Below, piece after piece: positions 36,263-44,940 of a DNA stretch of 49,580 nt. Source of the DNA: Pseudolabrys sp. (GTDB taxonomy: Bacteria; Pseudomonadota; Alphaproteobacteria; Rhizobiales; Xanthobacteraceae). The stretch lies in assembly GCA_035310865.1 (NCBI GenBank), contig DATGDN010000037.1, forward strand, positions 1-49,580. The letters are read 5' to 3'. The stretch's first letter is position 1; the number at the start of each line of letters is the position of its first letter. The notes under the pieces are model-generated. The model worked only from the letters and a program-made list of their open reading frames with translations. It was not told the DNA's origin and did no database searches. Position numbers and translations under genes: made by a program.

Positions 36263-37056
36263 GTGATGACATCCACGAGGTCTATGCCGTCTGTTACGCG
36301 AGCCACACTCGCAAGCGCTCGGAGAACTACATTTTCGGCGATCCGCATGATGAGATGACCTCAATTGCCTACTACGTCTGGGTCATCAAAGGTCCGCATG
36401 GCACTTACGTCTGCGATACCGGCTTCGATGAGGCAGCGGCAAAGGAACGCGTGCGCAAGATTATCCATCCGGTCGGCGAAGGCCTGCAGGCGCTCGGTGT
36501 CGCGCCCGATAAGGTCGACCACGTGATCGCAACCCACATGCACTGGGATCACGCCGGCAACTACGACCTGTTTCCAAACGCGCGCTACCACATCCAGGAC
36601 ACCGAGATGGCCTACGCGACGGGCCGCTGCATGTGCCATCAGATGTTGCGCATTCCGTTCAGCGAAAGCGATGTGCTCGCGATGGTCCGGAAGGTCTTTG
36701 CCTATCGTCTGGAATTCCACGATGGTGTCGAGGAGCTGGCACCCGGCATCACCGTGCACAAGATCGGCGGCCATTCGAAGGGATTGCAGTGTGTGCAGGT
36801 GAAGACGAAGCGGGGCAACGTCGTGATCGCGTCCGACTGTATCCATCTTTATTCGCATATCGACGAAGGCCGCGTGTTTCCGATTACCTATAGTGTCGGC
36901 GATACGCTCAAGGGTTACCGCACGATCCAGAAGTTGGCGAGCTCGCGCCAGCACATCGTGCCCGGCCACGATCCGGAAGTGTTGAAGCTTTATCCGGCGG
37001 CGAAGGCGGGATTGGAAAACTGGGTCGTTCGCCTCGACGTGGCGCCGAAGGGCTAG
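36259..37056 (+). CDS. N-acyl-homoserine lactonase-family metallo-beta-lactamase-fold hydrolase
   Basis: DTG, THMHWDHAG (HxHxDH), GGHSKG, ASD, PGHD; ATGA overlap with upstream gene. Confidence 0.85.
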   Translation: MSDDIHEVYAVCYASHTRKRSENYIFGDPHDEMTSIAYYVWVIKGPHGTYVCDTGFDEAAAKERVRKIIHPVGEGLQALGVAPDKVDHVIATHMHWDHAGNYDLFPNARYHIQDTEMAYATGRCMCHQMLRIPFSESDVLAMVRKVFAYRLEFHDGVEELAPGITVHKIGGHSKGLQCVQVKTKRGNVVIASDCIHLYSHIDEGRVFPITYSVGDTLKGYRTIQKLASSRQHIVPGHDPEVLKLYPAAKAGLENWVVRLDVAPKG

Positions 37057-37601
37057 ACCAACCCCAATTCCGCGAATGCGTTCTTGTGGTGCCCGGCGCT
37101 TTCCTCCGAGAAGCAGCAGAACACCACGCGTTTCATCCCTCGCGGGTGCGCGGCGATTTCCGCCGCCACTGTGCCGACCGCGATGCGGGCGGCGAGATCG
37201 GCCGGAAAGCGATAGACGCCGGTCGAAATCGCCGGGAAGGCGATCGACGTCAGGGCATTGGCGGCTGCAAGATCGAGCGCGGTTCGATAGCAACTCGTCA
37301 GCAGCGCTTCCTCGCCCTTGCCGCCGCCGCTCCATACCGGGCCGACCGCGTGGATCACGTGTTTGGCCTTGAGCCGGTAGCCGCGCGTGATCTTGGCGCT
37401 GCCGGTGTTGCAGCCGCCGAGCGTTTCGCATTCCGCCAGCAATTCCGGCCCGGCAGCGCGATGAATGGCGCCATCGACCCCGCCGCCGCCGAGCAGCGAG
37501 CGGTTGGCGGCGTTCACGATTGCGTTGACATCGAGCGTGGTGATGTCGGCGACGACGATCTCCAGCGCGGTCTGGCCGATTTCGGCGGTGAGCACGGTCA
37601 T
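37053..37601 (-). CDS. Macrodomain O-acetyl-ADP-ribose deacetylase (YmdB-like)
   Basis: DIT, IVNAANRSLLGGGGVDGAIHRAAG, HAVGP, AISTGVY. Confidence 0.9.
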   Translation of the reverse strand: MTVLTAEIGQTALEIVVADITTLDVNAIVNAANRSLLGGGGVDGAIHRAAGPELLAECETLGGCNTGSAKITRGYRLKAKHVIHAVGPVWSGGGKGEEALLTSCYRTALDLAAANALTSIAFPAISTGVYRFPADLAARIAVGTVAAEIAAHPRGMKRVVFCCFSEESAGHHKNAFAELGLV

Positions 37602-37614
37602 GCGGGTGACTATA

Positions 37615-38700
37615 TCACCCGCGCTCGGAATAGACCTCGGCCTTGAGATCGATGCTCGAGCGCGCCCCGATATCCTCATAGTGAGCATCGAGGAAGCGCC
37701 GCGCCGCACGCTGGCCGAGCTTACGCAGCAGCTCGAAGGATTTGTAATCGTTGCGCAGTTTGGTCGCTCCCGAAAACCGCTCTCCGAGCCCTTCCAGCAC
37801 GATCCGGTGCACGTTGATGCGGCGATACTCGTTCGGTCCGGTCCCGTGTGGCAGGCGCCTTTGGTCGATCAGCCGGTTGACAAATTCGATCGCGCGCAGT
37901 TCCGCCAAAAGCGACGAATTGAAGGTGATCTCGTTGACGCGGCTCATGATCTCGCGCGTCGAGGTCGGGATTTTCTTTCTCACAAGCGGATTGATCTGAA
38001 CGATCAGCACGTCCTCGGTGCCGGTCGAGCGGAAGAACGGATAGATGACCGGATTGCCGAGATAGCCGCCGTCCCAGTACGACACGCCGTCGATCTCGAC
38101 GGCGCGGAACACCGCGGGCAGACAGGCCGAGGCCATCACCGCCTCGGGGGAAATCTTCTCGCGCGGGAATATGTGCAGGCGGCCGGTCTGCACATTGGTT
38201 GCGGCGATGAAAATCTGCCGTGCGTCCGCGCGCAGACCATCGAAGTCGACGAAGCGCTCGATGAGATCCTTGAGCGGGTTGATGTTGAGTGGATTGACGT
38301 CGTAGGGCGAGAGATAGCGCGACCAGGCGGTGAGCCAGTCGAGCGATGGCGAGCCTTCGCTCGGCAAAAGTGAGAACAGCCGGTTGAGCACTGCGCGCTG
38401 AACCAGTGGCAGGTCGCCGCCAAGACTTGCTGCCTTCCAGAAATCGGCAAGCCGCTTGCGGGCTTCTGCAGTACCACCGCGCCTGAGCCCGTCGGCCAGC
38501 ATCACCGCGTTCACCGCGCCGGCGGAAGTGCCCGAAATGCCTTCAATACTCAGCCTGTCGTCCGTCAACAGATGATCGAGCACGCCCCAGGTGAAGGCGC
38601 CGTGCGTGCCGCCGCCTTGTAATGCGAGATTGATGCGCTTGGTGCCCTTCGGCTTGTCGGACCTATCGCCGCCAAAAGCGCGGGAGAGAAATTCAATCAT
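37615..38700 (-). CDS. Patatin-like phospholipase family protein (candidate PHB depolymerase)
   Basis: QGGGTHG, GTSAG nucleophile, WDGGY; directly downstream of bdhA. Confidence 0.88.
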   Translation of the reverse strand: MIEFLSRAFGGDRSDKPKGTKRINLALQGGGTHGAFTWGVLDHLLTDDRLSIEGISGTSAGAVNAVMLADGLRRGGTAEARKRLADFWKAASLGGDLPLVQRAVLNRLFSLLPSEGSPSLDWLTAWSRYLSPYDVNPLNINPLKDLIERFVDFDGLRADARQIFIAATNVQTGRLHIFPREKISPEAVMASACLPAVFRAVEIDGVSYWDGGYLGNPVIYPFFRSTGTEDVLIVQINPLVRKKIPTSTREIMSRVNEITFNSSLLAELRAIEFVNRLIDQRRLPHGTGPNEYRRINVHRIVLEGLGERFSGATKLRNDYKSFELLRKLGQRAARRFLDAHYEDIGARSSIDLKAEVYSERG

Positions 38701-38714
38701 GGGCTTCCTTCGCT

Positions 38715-38741
38715 GTCATTCCGCCCCCGCACCGGAATGAC
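38715..38741. repeat. Short inverted repeat resembling the ends of a Rhizobiales REP-like element
   Basis: GTCATTCCG-N9-CGGAATGAC. Confidence 0.55.
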
Positions 38742-38748
38742 CGAAATT

Positions 38749-39531
38749 TCACTGCGCCACCCAACCACCGTCGATCGAATAGGCGGAACCGGTGATGGTC
38801 GCGGCGGCGTCGCCGCACAGGAAAACAGTGAGCGCACCGATGCTTTCCGGCTTGGTGAACTGGTGCATTGGTTGCTTCTCCGACAACAGCGCGATTTCTT
38901 CTTCGCGGACGCTTTTGCCGGAGACCTTGGCGCGCGCGTCAATTTGCTGCTGCACCAAAGGCGTTAGTACCCAGCCCGGGCATATGGCGTTGCACGTCAC
39001 ACCTGCGTTCGCAGTTTCCATTGCGACCACCTTGGTGAGGCCGACAAGCCCATGCTTGGCCGAGACATAGGCCACCTTTTGCGTGCTGGCCACCAGTCCG
39101 TGCGCGGAGGCGATATTGATGATGCGCCCCCATTTCCGCTTCTTCATCCCGGCAACCGCGGCGCGGATGGTGTGAAACGAGGACGACAGATTGATCGCGA
39201 TGATCGCGTCCCATTTTTCGATCGGGAAATCCTCGATGTTGGCAACATGCTGAATGCCGGCATTGTTGACCAGCACATCAAGCGCACCGAATTCCTTTTC
39301 GGTCGTGCGCACCATCTCGACAATCTCAGCGGGCTTGGTCATGTCGGCGGCCGAGTGGCGCGCCTTTACGCCAAAATCCTTTTCAATTCCGGTGCGAATT
39401 TTTTCGATTGCCGCTTTGTCGCCGAAGCCGTTGAGCATGATATTGGCGCCGTCCTGCGCCAGCGCTCGCGCCGTGGCGAGCCCGATGCCTGACGTTGAGC
39501 CGGTGACAAGGGCGGTTTTGCCTTTGAGCAT
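38749..39531 (-). CDS. bdhA: D-3-hydroxybutyrate dehydrogenase
   Basis: TGSTSGIG, NNAGIQH, SAHGLVAS, YVSAKHG, CPGWVLTPLV, EKQP. Confidence 0.93.
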   Translation of the reverse strand: MLKGKTALVTGSTSGIGLATARALAQDGANIMLNGFGDKAAIEKIRTGIEKDFGVKARHSAADMTKPAEIVEMVRTTEKEFGALDVLVNNAGIQHVANIEDFPIEKWDAIIAINLSSSFHTIRAAVAGMKKRKWGRIINIASAHGLVASTQKVAYVSAKHGLVGLTKVVAMETANAGVTCNAICPGWVLTPLVQQQIDARAKVSGKSVREEEIALLSEKQPMHQFTKPESIGALTVFLCGDAAATITGSAYSIDGGWVAQ

Positions 39532-39607
39532 GCAATCCTCAATGCGTGAGGCCGCGAGAGTGTCGACGGCGTCGGGTGGAAGAGCGGACGGAACCTGCCT
39601 TTATTCT

Positions 39608-39619
39608 TGCTGCGGTGCA
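39608..39619 (-). promoter_or_regulatory. PhaR-like binding box upstream of bdhA
   Basis: Minus strand TGCACCGCAGCA fits TGCRNYGCASMA, the Bradyrhizobium PhaR motif as I recall it. Confidence 0.55.
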
Positions 39620-39689
39620 ACATATATGTTGGCAACATAGGTTTTGCAGCGGTTTGACGTTAGACTTACGTCGGAATTGGAACACGTCA

Positions 39690-40187
39690 GTGGCCAGAAA
39701 ATCATCCGCGCGCATGATATTCCCCAAGCCTGATCACGATCACAGGCGCTGCGCGAACGATGCTATTGCCCATGCGGAAACAATCTGCGCCGCGCGCAAG
39801 GAGCGACTGACTCCGATGCGCCGGCGCGTGCTGGAGGCACTGTTGGCGAGCCATCATCCGCTCGGCGCCTATGAACTGATCGACCGGTTGGCTGGACGCG
39901 GTGCGCGGCCGGCGCCGATCACGATTTATCGCGCGCTCGACTTCTTGCGCGAGCAGGATCTCGTGCACCGCATCGAGAGCCGCAACGCATTCATCGCCTG
40001 CGTGCACAATCACGACAGCAGCGATCCTGTCGTCTTCCTGATCTGCGAGAAATGCGGTGCAGTCGGCGAGGCGGCCTCGGCAGCAGTGGCCGACACGATC
40101 AAAAACGCCTCGCGCGCAGCCGGGTTTGTTCCCAAGACACCGGTTATCGAGATTTCCGGCGTCTGCGCGCACTGCAAGGCGGCGTGA
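39690..40187 (+). CDS. Fur family transcriptional regulator (Zur-like)
   Basis: RLTPMRRRVL, TIYRALDFL, HRIES, CEKC and CAHC; start GTG 39690 or ATG 39714. Confidence 0.88.
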   Translation: MARKSSARMIFPKPDHDHRRCANDAIAHAETICAARKERLTPMRRRVLEALLASHHPLGAYELIDRLAGRGARPAPITIYRALDFLREQDLVHRIESRNAFIACVHNHDSSDPVVFLICEKCGAVGEAASAAVADTIKNASRAAGFVPKTPVIEISGVCAHCKAA

Positions 40188-40212
40188 TATTACGCGCGTC
40201 CGGAAATCCCCC

Positions 40213-41121
40213 TTGTCCTCCACTCCTGCCTACACCTCAACAACGCGTCCACTCGACGCGCTCGCAGCCGCCGTTGTGGTCGTGCTGTGCCTGTCCTGGG
40301 GCTTCAATCAGGTCGCGGCCAAGCTCGCGATCCACGACATCCCGCCGCTCATTCAGGCCGCTACCCGCTCATTCGTCGCCGCTCTCTTGATTGGGGCTTG
40401 GTGCCGGCTACGCGGCATCGCGTTGTTCGATCGTGACGGCACACTATGGTTCGGGCTTGCCGCCGGTTTTCTTTTTGCGATTGAATTCATCCTGATCTAC
40501 CAGGGTCTCCTCTATACGACTGCGACGCGCGCCGTATTGTTCATCTATCTTGCGCCATTTTTTGTTGTGATCGGGGCGCGTATCGTCCTCCCAGCGGATC
40601 GTTTCGGCGCCGCGCAATGGCTTGGTCTGGGTATGTCGTTCGCCGGCATGCTGGTCGCGTTCGGCGTTCCGACCCCTGCACTCGATCCGCGCCAGATCAT
40701 CGGCGACGTGATGATGGTCGGCGCGGCACTGTTCTGGGCTGCGACCACGCTGATCATCAAGGCTAGCCCGCTGACGCGGGTGTCGGCCGAGAAAGTGATG
40801 CTCTATCAGCTGGTCGTATCAGGCCCGATCATGGCAATGGCCGCCCTCGCAATCAGTGAGCGTATGACGCATATGCCGTCGGCGCTGGCACTCGGCTCGC
40901 TCGTCTATCAAACCGTGTGGGTGGTCAGCGTAACGTTCGTCGTTTGGTTCGCGCTGATCGCGCACTATTCGGCAAGCCGGCTATCGGCATTCACATTTCT
41001 CACGCCGTTATTCGGCGTGGCGGCTGGTTATCTGGTCCTGAATGAACCTTTGACTCCGGCTTTCGCTGCCGCCGTAGCGCTGGTCGCCGCTGGTCTAATA
41101 CTGGTGAATCGTTCGCGCTGA
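40213..41121 (+). CDS. DMT/EamA family transporter
   Basis: About 10 TM segments, LSWGFN, FLTPLFGV...LNE; probable TTG start. Confidence 0.85.
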   Translation: MSSTPAYTSTTRPLDALAAAVVVVLCLSWGFNQVAAKLAIHDIPPLIQAATRSFVAALLIGAWCRLRGIALFDRDGTLWFGLAAGFLFAIEFILIYQGLLYTTATRAVLFIYLAPFFVVIGARIVLPADRFGAAQWLGLGMSFAGMLVAFGVPTPALDPRQIIGDVMMVGAALFWAATTLIIKASPLTRVSAEKVMLYQLVVSGPIMAMAALAISERMTHMPSALALGSLVYQTVWVVSVTFVVWFALIAHYSASRLSAFTFLTPLFGVAAGYLVLNEPLTPAFAAAVALVAAGLILVNRSR

Positions 41122-41159
41122 TGCTAATTTCGACGGCAATATTCGCGAATTTCTGATCT

Positions 41160-41540
41160 ATGAAACGTAGCGATATGGGACAATCGCAACACGCAACTGC
41201 GGCAGACGAGACGCTACAACGAGCTATGGCTGCAATCCAAAACCAGCGGCCCGAAGAGGCCGCTCGTCTGGCGACAGATGTCCTAAATAAAAATCCAAGC
41301 CAACCAAAGGCGCTGCATATTCTCGGCTACGCTTTGTTGATGCAAGAGAAGCCGATCGATGCGATCGAGCGTCTGGAGAAAGCATTCCGCTCTCTGCGCG
41401 ATCCGGCAATCGAAACGCAACTGGCGATCGCGCTTCGAAAAGCAGGCCGCACGGACGAAGCGTTGAAACGGCTTGCGCGAGCCACCAAAAGAACGCCGCC
41501 ATTTCCTGCGGCTATTCATCGTCAGGCCCTTCGGAATTGA
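41160..41540 (+). pseudogene. Tetratricopeptide-repeat protein, probably C-terminally truncated
   Basis: TPR-like helices (ALHILGYAL, LAIALRKAGRTDEA) ending at PPFPAAIH just as a new repeat would start; AT-rich DNA follows. Confidence 0.5.
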
Positions 41541-41614
41541 TGTAGTGATCAGTTCGGCATAATTTATAAGATCAAAGCAAGTACTTTGGCGGCGGCCGAG
41601 ACGTGTGCCAAAAT

Positions 41615-43222
41615 TCACATCCAGCCGCCGCCGTCCCGGCCGCGATTGGCAACGCCCGCCTCTTCCAGGTCCAGTTCGTATTCTATGCGTCGACGCGCCT
41701 CGTCGGTGATCTTGCCGTCGCGCAAGAGCTGATAGATGTATTCCCGTTCGGTATCGATCAGCTCTTTTTTCAGCGCGGCGCTTTGGCGCATGAACTGCAG
41801 CCCGTCGCTCATGTTGTTCGGCAGTATTTGTCGGCGACTCTGGTTGCGCGTTCGCAACAGTGCGATGACTTCATCCGGCAACTTGCGTTCTTCGATGAAT
41901 TTGTCCAATTGTCTTTCAACCCGTTGCAGCGCCGACACGCGCGCCTGCAATTCTGACTGGATTTCGCCGGCACGCTCTTCTCGACCGATCTGCGCGAGTC
42001 CGAGCCACCGCATGACCAGCGGCAGCATCAGGCCTTGGCCGACCAGCGTGAAAATGATCACGCCGAAAGTCACAAATAGAATCAGGTCGCGGTGGGGGAA
42101 GGGCTGGCCGTTGTTGAGCGTAAAGGGAATTGCAAGTGCAGCCGCGAGGGAAACCACGCCGCGAACGCCGGTGAAGGCGATCGCAAACGGGCCTTGCCAC
42201 GGCGGCGATGGGTCGCGCTTCGCCAGCGACGGACTGACCCACCGCGGGATATAGGTCGCAGGGAATACCCAGATGAAGCGGGCCGCGATGACGATCAGCG
42301 TGGTCAATGCGGTGGCAATCAGTAATTCACGGATGGAGAAGGCCTGCGCCTGCTCAATCAGCATGCGCGCCTGCGAGCCGGTGAGCAGAAACACCAAGCC
42401 TTCGATGAGGTAAACCACCAAATCCCAGAAGAAGATACCTTGCAGGCGCGTGGCGGACGGGATCAGGCGCGGGCCGACCCAACTTACATAAAGCCCGCAT
42501 GCGACGGTCGCCAGCACGCCTGATCCCCCGAGATGTTGTGGTACCCAGAAAGCAAGGTAAGGCGTCATCAGGGACAGCGTGATTTCGACGCGTGGATCGT
42601 GTGCCCACTGCCGCAACCGCAGGCTCAACCAGCCGACCGCGAGGCCATATAGAATTTCACCGGCCACGATCAATGCGAAGGTGCCGGTTGCCTCCGGCAA
42701 CGAGAACATCCCGGTTGCCGCTGCCGCCACGGCGAAGCGGTAGAGGATCAGTGCGGTCGCGTCGTTAGCGAGGCCTTCGCCCTCAAGAACAACTAGGAGG
42801 CGCCGCGGCAGCGCGAGACGGCGCGCGATCGCGAGCGGCGCGACCACGTCAGGTGGCGCAACGATCGCACCGAGCACGAAGCCCACCGCCCAATCAAAAT
42901 TCAGCAGGTAATGCGCGGCCGCTGCCACCGCGCAGGTGGTGAACAACACACAGCCAAAGGCAAGCAGTGCAATCGGTCTTAGGTTGAACCGAAACTCGCG
43001 CCAGCTCATGGCGACGCCGGCGGAATAGATGAGCGGCGGCAGCATCACCAGCAGCACAACTTCCGGAGCCAGCCGGATCTGCGGCAACCCGGGGACCAGC
43101 GCCATTCCAATACCGGCGACGACCAGCACGATCGACGGTGCGGTTTTGAGCCGTTGCGCGACAACCGCAGCCGCGGCCAGCACGGCCAGCATGAACAGCA
43201 GCGTCTGCATAACCGCGGTCAT
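41615..43222 (-). CDS. Na+/H+ antiporter (CPA1 family)
   Basis: LPPLIY, GAIVAPPDVVA, EGEGLANDATAL, GVRGVVSLAAAL. Confidence 0.9.
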   Translation of the reverse strand: MTAVMQTLLFMLAVLAAAAVVAQRLKTAPSIVLVVAGIGMALVPGLPQIRLAPEVVLLVMLPPLIYSAGVAMSWREFRFNLRPIALLAFGCVLFTTCAVAAAAHYLLNFDWAVGFVLGAIVAPPDVVAPLAIARRLALPRRLLVVLEGEGLANDATALILYRFAVAAAATGMFSLPEATGTFALIVAGEILYGLAVGWLSLRLRQWAHDPRVEITLSLMTPYLAFWVPQHLGGSGVLATVACGLYVSWVGPRLIPSATRLQGIFFWDLVVYLIEGLVFLLTGSQARMLIEQAQAFSIRELLIATALTTLIVIAARFIWVFPATYIPRWVSPSLAKRDPSPPWQGPFAIAFTGVRGVVSLAAALAIPFTLNNGQPFPHRDLILFVTFGVIIFTLVGQGLMLPLVMRWLGLAQIGREERAGEIQSELQARVSALQRVERQLDKFIEERKLPDEVIALLRTRNQSRRQILPNNMSDGLQFMRQSAALKKELIDTEREYIYQLLRDGKITDEARRRIEYELDLEEAGVANRGRDGGGWM

Positions 43223-43896
43223 ATCAAGTTCGCCACCATGTTCACGGTCAGTGCCAGCACTACGAGATTGAAGAAGAACGACAGCACGCCGTGGATTGAA
43301 GCTATACGGCGAATGACTTTGCTGCTGATGCTGACGTCGGACACCTGCGAGGTCATACCGATGACCAGCGAGAAGTAGAGAAAATCTCGATAGTCCGGCT
43401 TGTCATCATCAGGGAAATGCAACCCGCCGATTTTCCCGTCGCCCCGTTCACCGTAATATTCATGGGCATAGTGGAATGAAAAGATCGTATGCACGAAAGC
43501 CCATGACAGCAGGATCGTCACAAAGGCTAGTAGTGCATGCAGTGTGGAGTCACCTTGTGCGCCCTGTTTCGCGCTGCCGAGCGCAAACACGACAGCGACT
43601 AGGCTCGCGAATGTGGCGACGATCGACAACAGCAGGATGAAAGGGGCGCCTTCATCCTGCTCCGCCGCGCGCTGACGGATGCGTGCCACGTCGGCGCGCC
43701 CCATCATGGAGAATGTCAGGACCAGATAAACGACAACGCCCACGTCCCAGCCCGTCAGTACGCGCGCCAGCACTCGGAATTCAAACGCTGCCATGGCAGC
43801 CGTTACGGCGATGCCGATGACGATCGCAATCGCAAGTTTGGCGTGTAGCTTGACGACTCGCACCGGCAACGGCGGCAGGCGTTTGTTTTTTGCCAT
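43219..43896 (-). CDS. DUF1345 family membrane protein
   Basis: GWD, HYAHEYY, FP...PDYRDFLYFS..IGMTSQVSD; start trimmed to MAKNKR. Confidence 0.82.
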   Translation of the reverse strand: MAKNKRLPPLPVRVVKLHAKLAIAIVIGIAVTAAMAAFEFRVLARVLTGWDVGVVVYLVLTFSMMGRADVARIRQRAAEQDEGAPFILLLSIVATFASLVAVVFALGSAKQGAQGDSTLHALLAFVTILLSWAFVHTIFSFHYAHEYYGERGDGKIGGLHFPDDDKPDYRDFLYFSLVIGMTSQVSDVSISSKVIRRIASIHGVLSFFFNLVVLALTVNMVANLI

Positions 43897-43915
43897 GTCG
43901 CAGTCCTTGCGTGGT

Positions 43916-44845
43916 TCAAGCGCTCCGCTCAGCGATGAAACGGGCCGCTGCACATAGTGTACCGGATTTTGTGCCGAATGGCGTCAGCGCCGCGTTGGCC
44001 TCCGCGACAAGTTCATTAAGACGAGCACGTGCACTATCAATTCCAAGCGTGGCGACCAGCGTCGCCTTGCCGGCCGCGGCGTCCTTACCCGCAGCCTTGC
44101 CCAGCGTCTTGGCATCACCTTCGACATCGAGTAGGTCATCGGCAATCTGGAATGCCTGCCCGATCGCGGAGCCGTATCGAGCGACGCTCGCACGCGCGGC
44201 GACATCTGCCTTTCCGAGAATTGCCCCGGCGTTGCAGGCGAAGCGGATCAAGGCACCAGTCTTCATGGCCTGCAACGTGACGATTTCGCTTTCGTCGAGT
44301 GCACGCTTTTTCTCAAACCGGCCTTCAGCAGCAAGGTCGAGCATTTGGCCACCCGCCATGCCGCCAAGTCCGGCGGCACGCGCAAGTTCGAGAATGAGTG
44401 CGATGCGCACGCCAGCGTCTGCATGCACCTCGGCGCGCGCCATGACGTCAAAGGCGAGCGTCAGTAATGCATCGCCAGCGAGAATTGCGGTTGCTTCGTC
44501 GAACGCCCTGTGGACTGTCGGCCGTCCGCGTCGCAGTTCGTCGTTGTCCATTGCCGGCAGATCGTCGTGTACCAGAGAATAGCAGTGCACGAGCTCGAGC
44601 GCGGCACCGGCCATCAGTGCGCTCGCGCGGTTGACGCCGAACAGGGCAGCGGTCTCGACCACCAGGAAAGGGCGCAAGCGCTTTCCTCCATCCAGCGCTG
44701 AATGCCGCATTGCGGCGACAAGGCGGGGTGGCCGCGCCGTCTCCCCGTCCAACGCCGCACGGCTTAGCAAACGGTCGAGCAATGTCTCAATATCGCCCGC
44801 GGTTGCGGCGAGCCGGCCGGCGAAATCTGCGGTATCGCTTTTCAT
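43916..44845 (-). CDS. ispA: Farnesyl/geranylgeranyl diphosphate synthase
   Basis: GGKRLRP, HDDLPAMD..RRG, KTGAL, FQIADD, GKD...K; start trimmed to MKSDTA. Confidence 0.92.
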   Translation of the reverse strand: MKSDTADFAGRLAATAGDIETLLDRLLSRAALDGETARPPRLVAAMRHSALDGGKRLRPFLVVETAALFGVNRASALMAGAALELVHCYSLVHDDLPAMDNDELRRGRPTVHRAFDEATAILAGDALLTLAFDVMARAEVHADAGVRIALILELARAAGLGGMAGGQMLDLAAEGRFEKKRALDESEIVTLQAMKTGALIRFACNAGAILGKADVAARASVARYGSAIGQAFQIADDLLDVEGDAKTLGKAAGKDAAAGKATLVATLGIDSARARLNELVAEANAALTPFGTKSGTLCAAARFIAERSA

Positions 44846-44940
44846 CGTGGCATTGATAGCCGCAACGCCTCGTCCCGCAAAGTGGCACCGGTTTAACGCA
44901 CCCTCGGCAAACATGGCTTCAGATGGGTTAGTCTGCGGGG

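Noticed and set aside
36259-37056. Antibiotic-resistance metallo-beta-lactamase
   Set aside because: No signal peptide; motifs and catabolic operon context fit a lactonase-type hydrolase
37053-38700. Patatin plus macrodomain as an anti-phage system (CBASS or Thoeris-like)
   Set aside because: No cyclase or TIR partner, host-like GC and a housekeeping bdhA context; the macrodomain is plain YmdB-like
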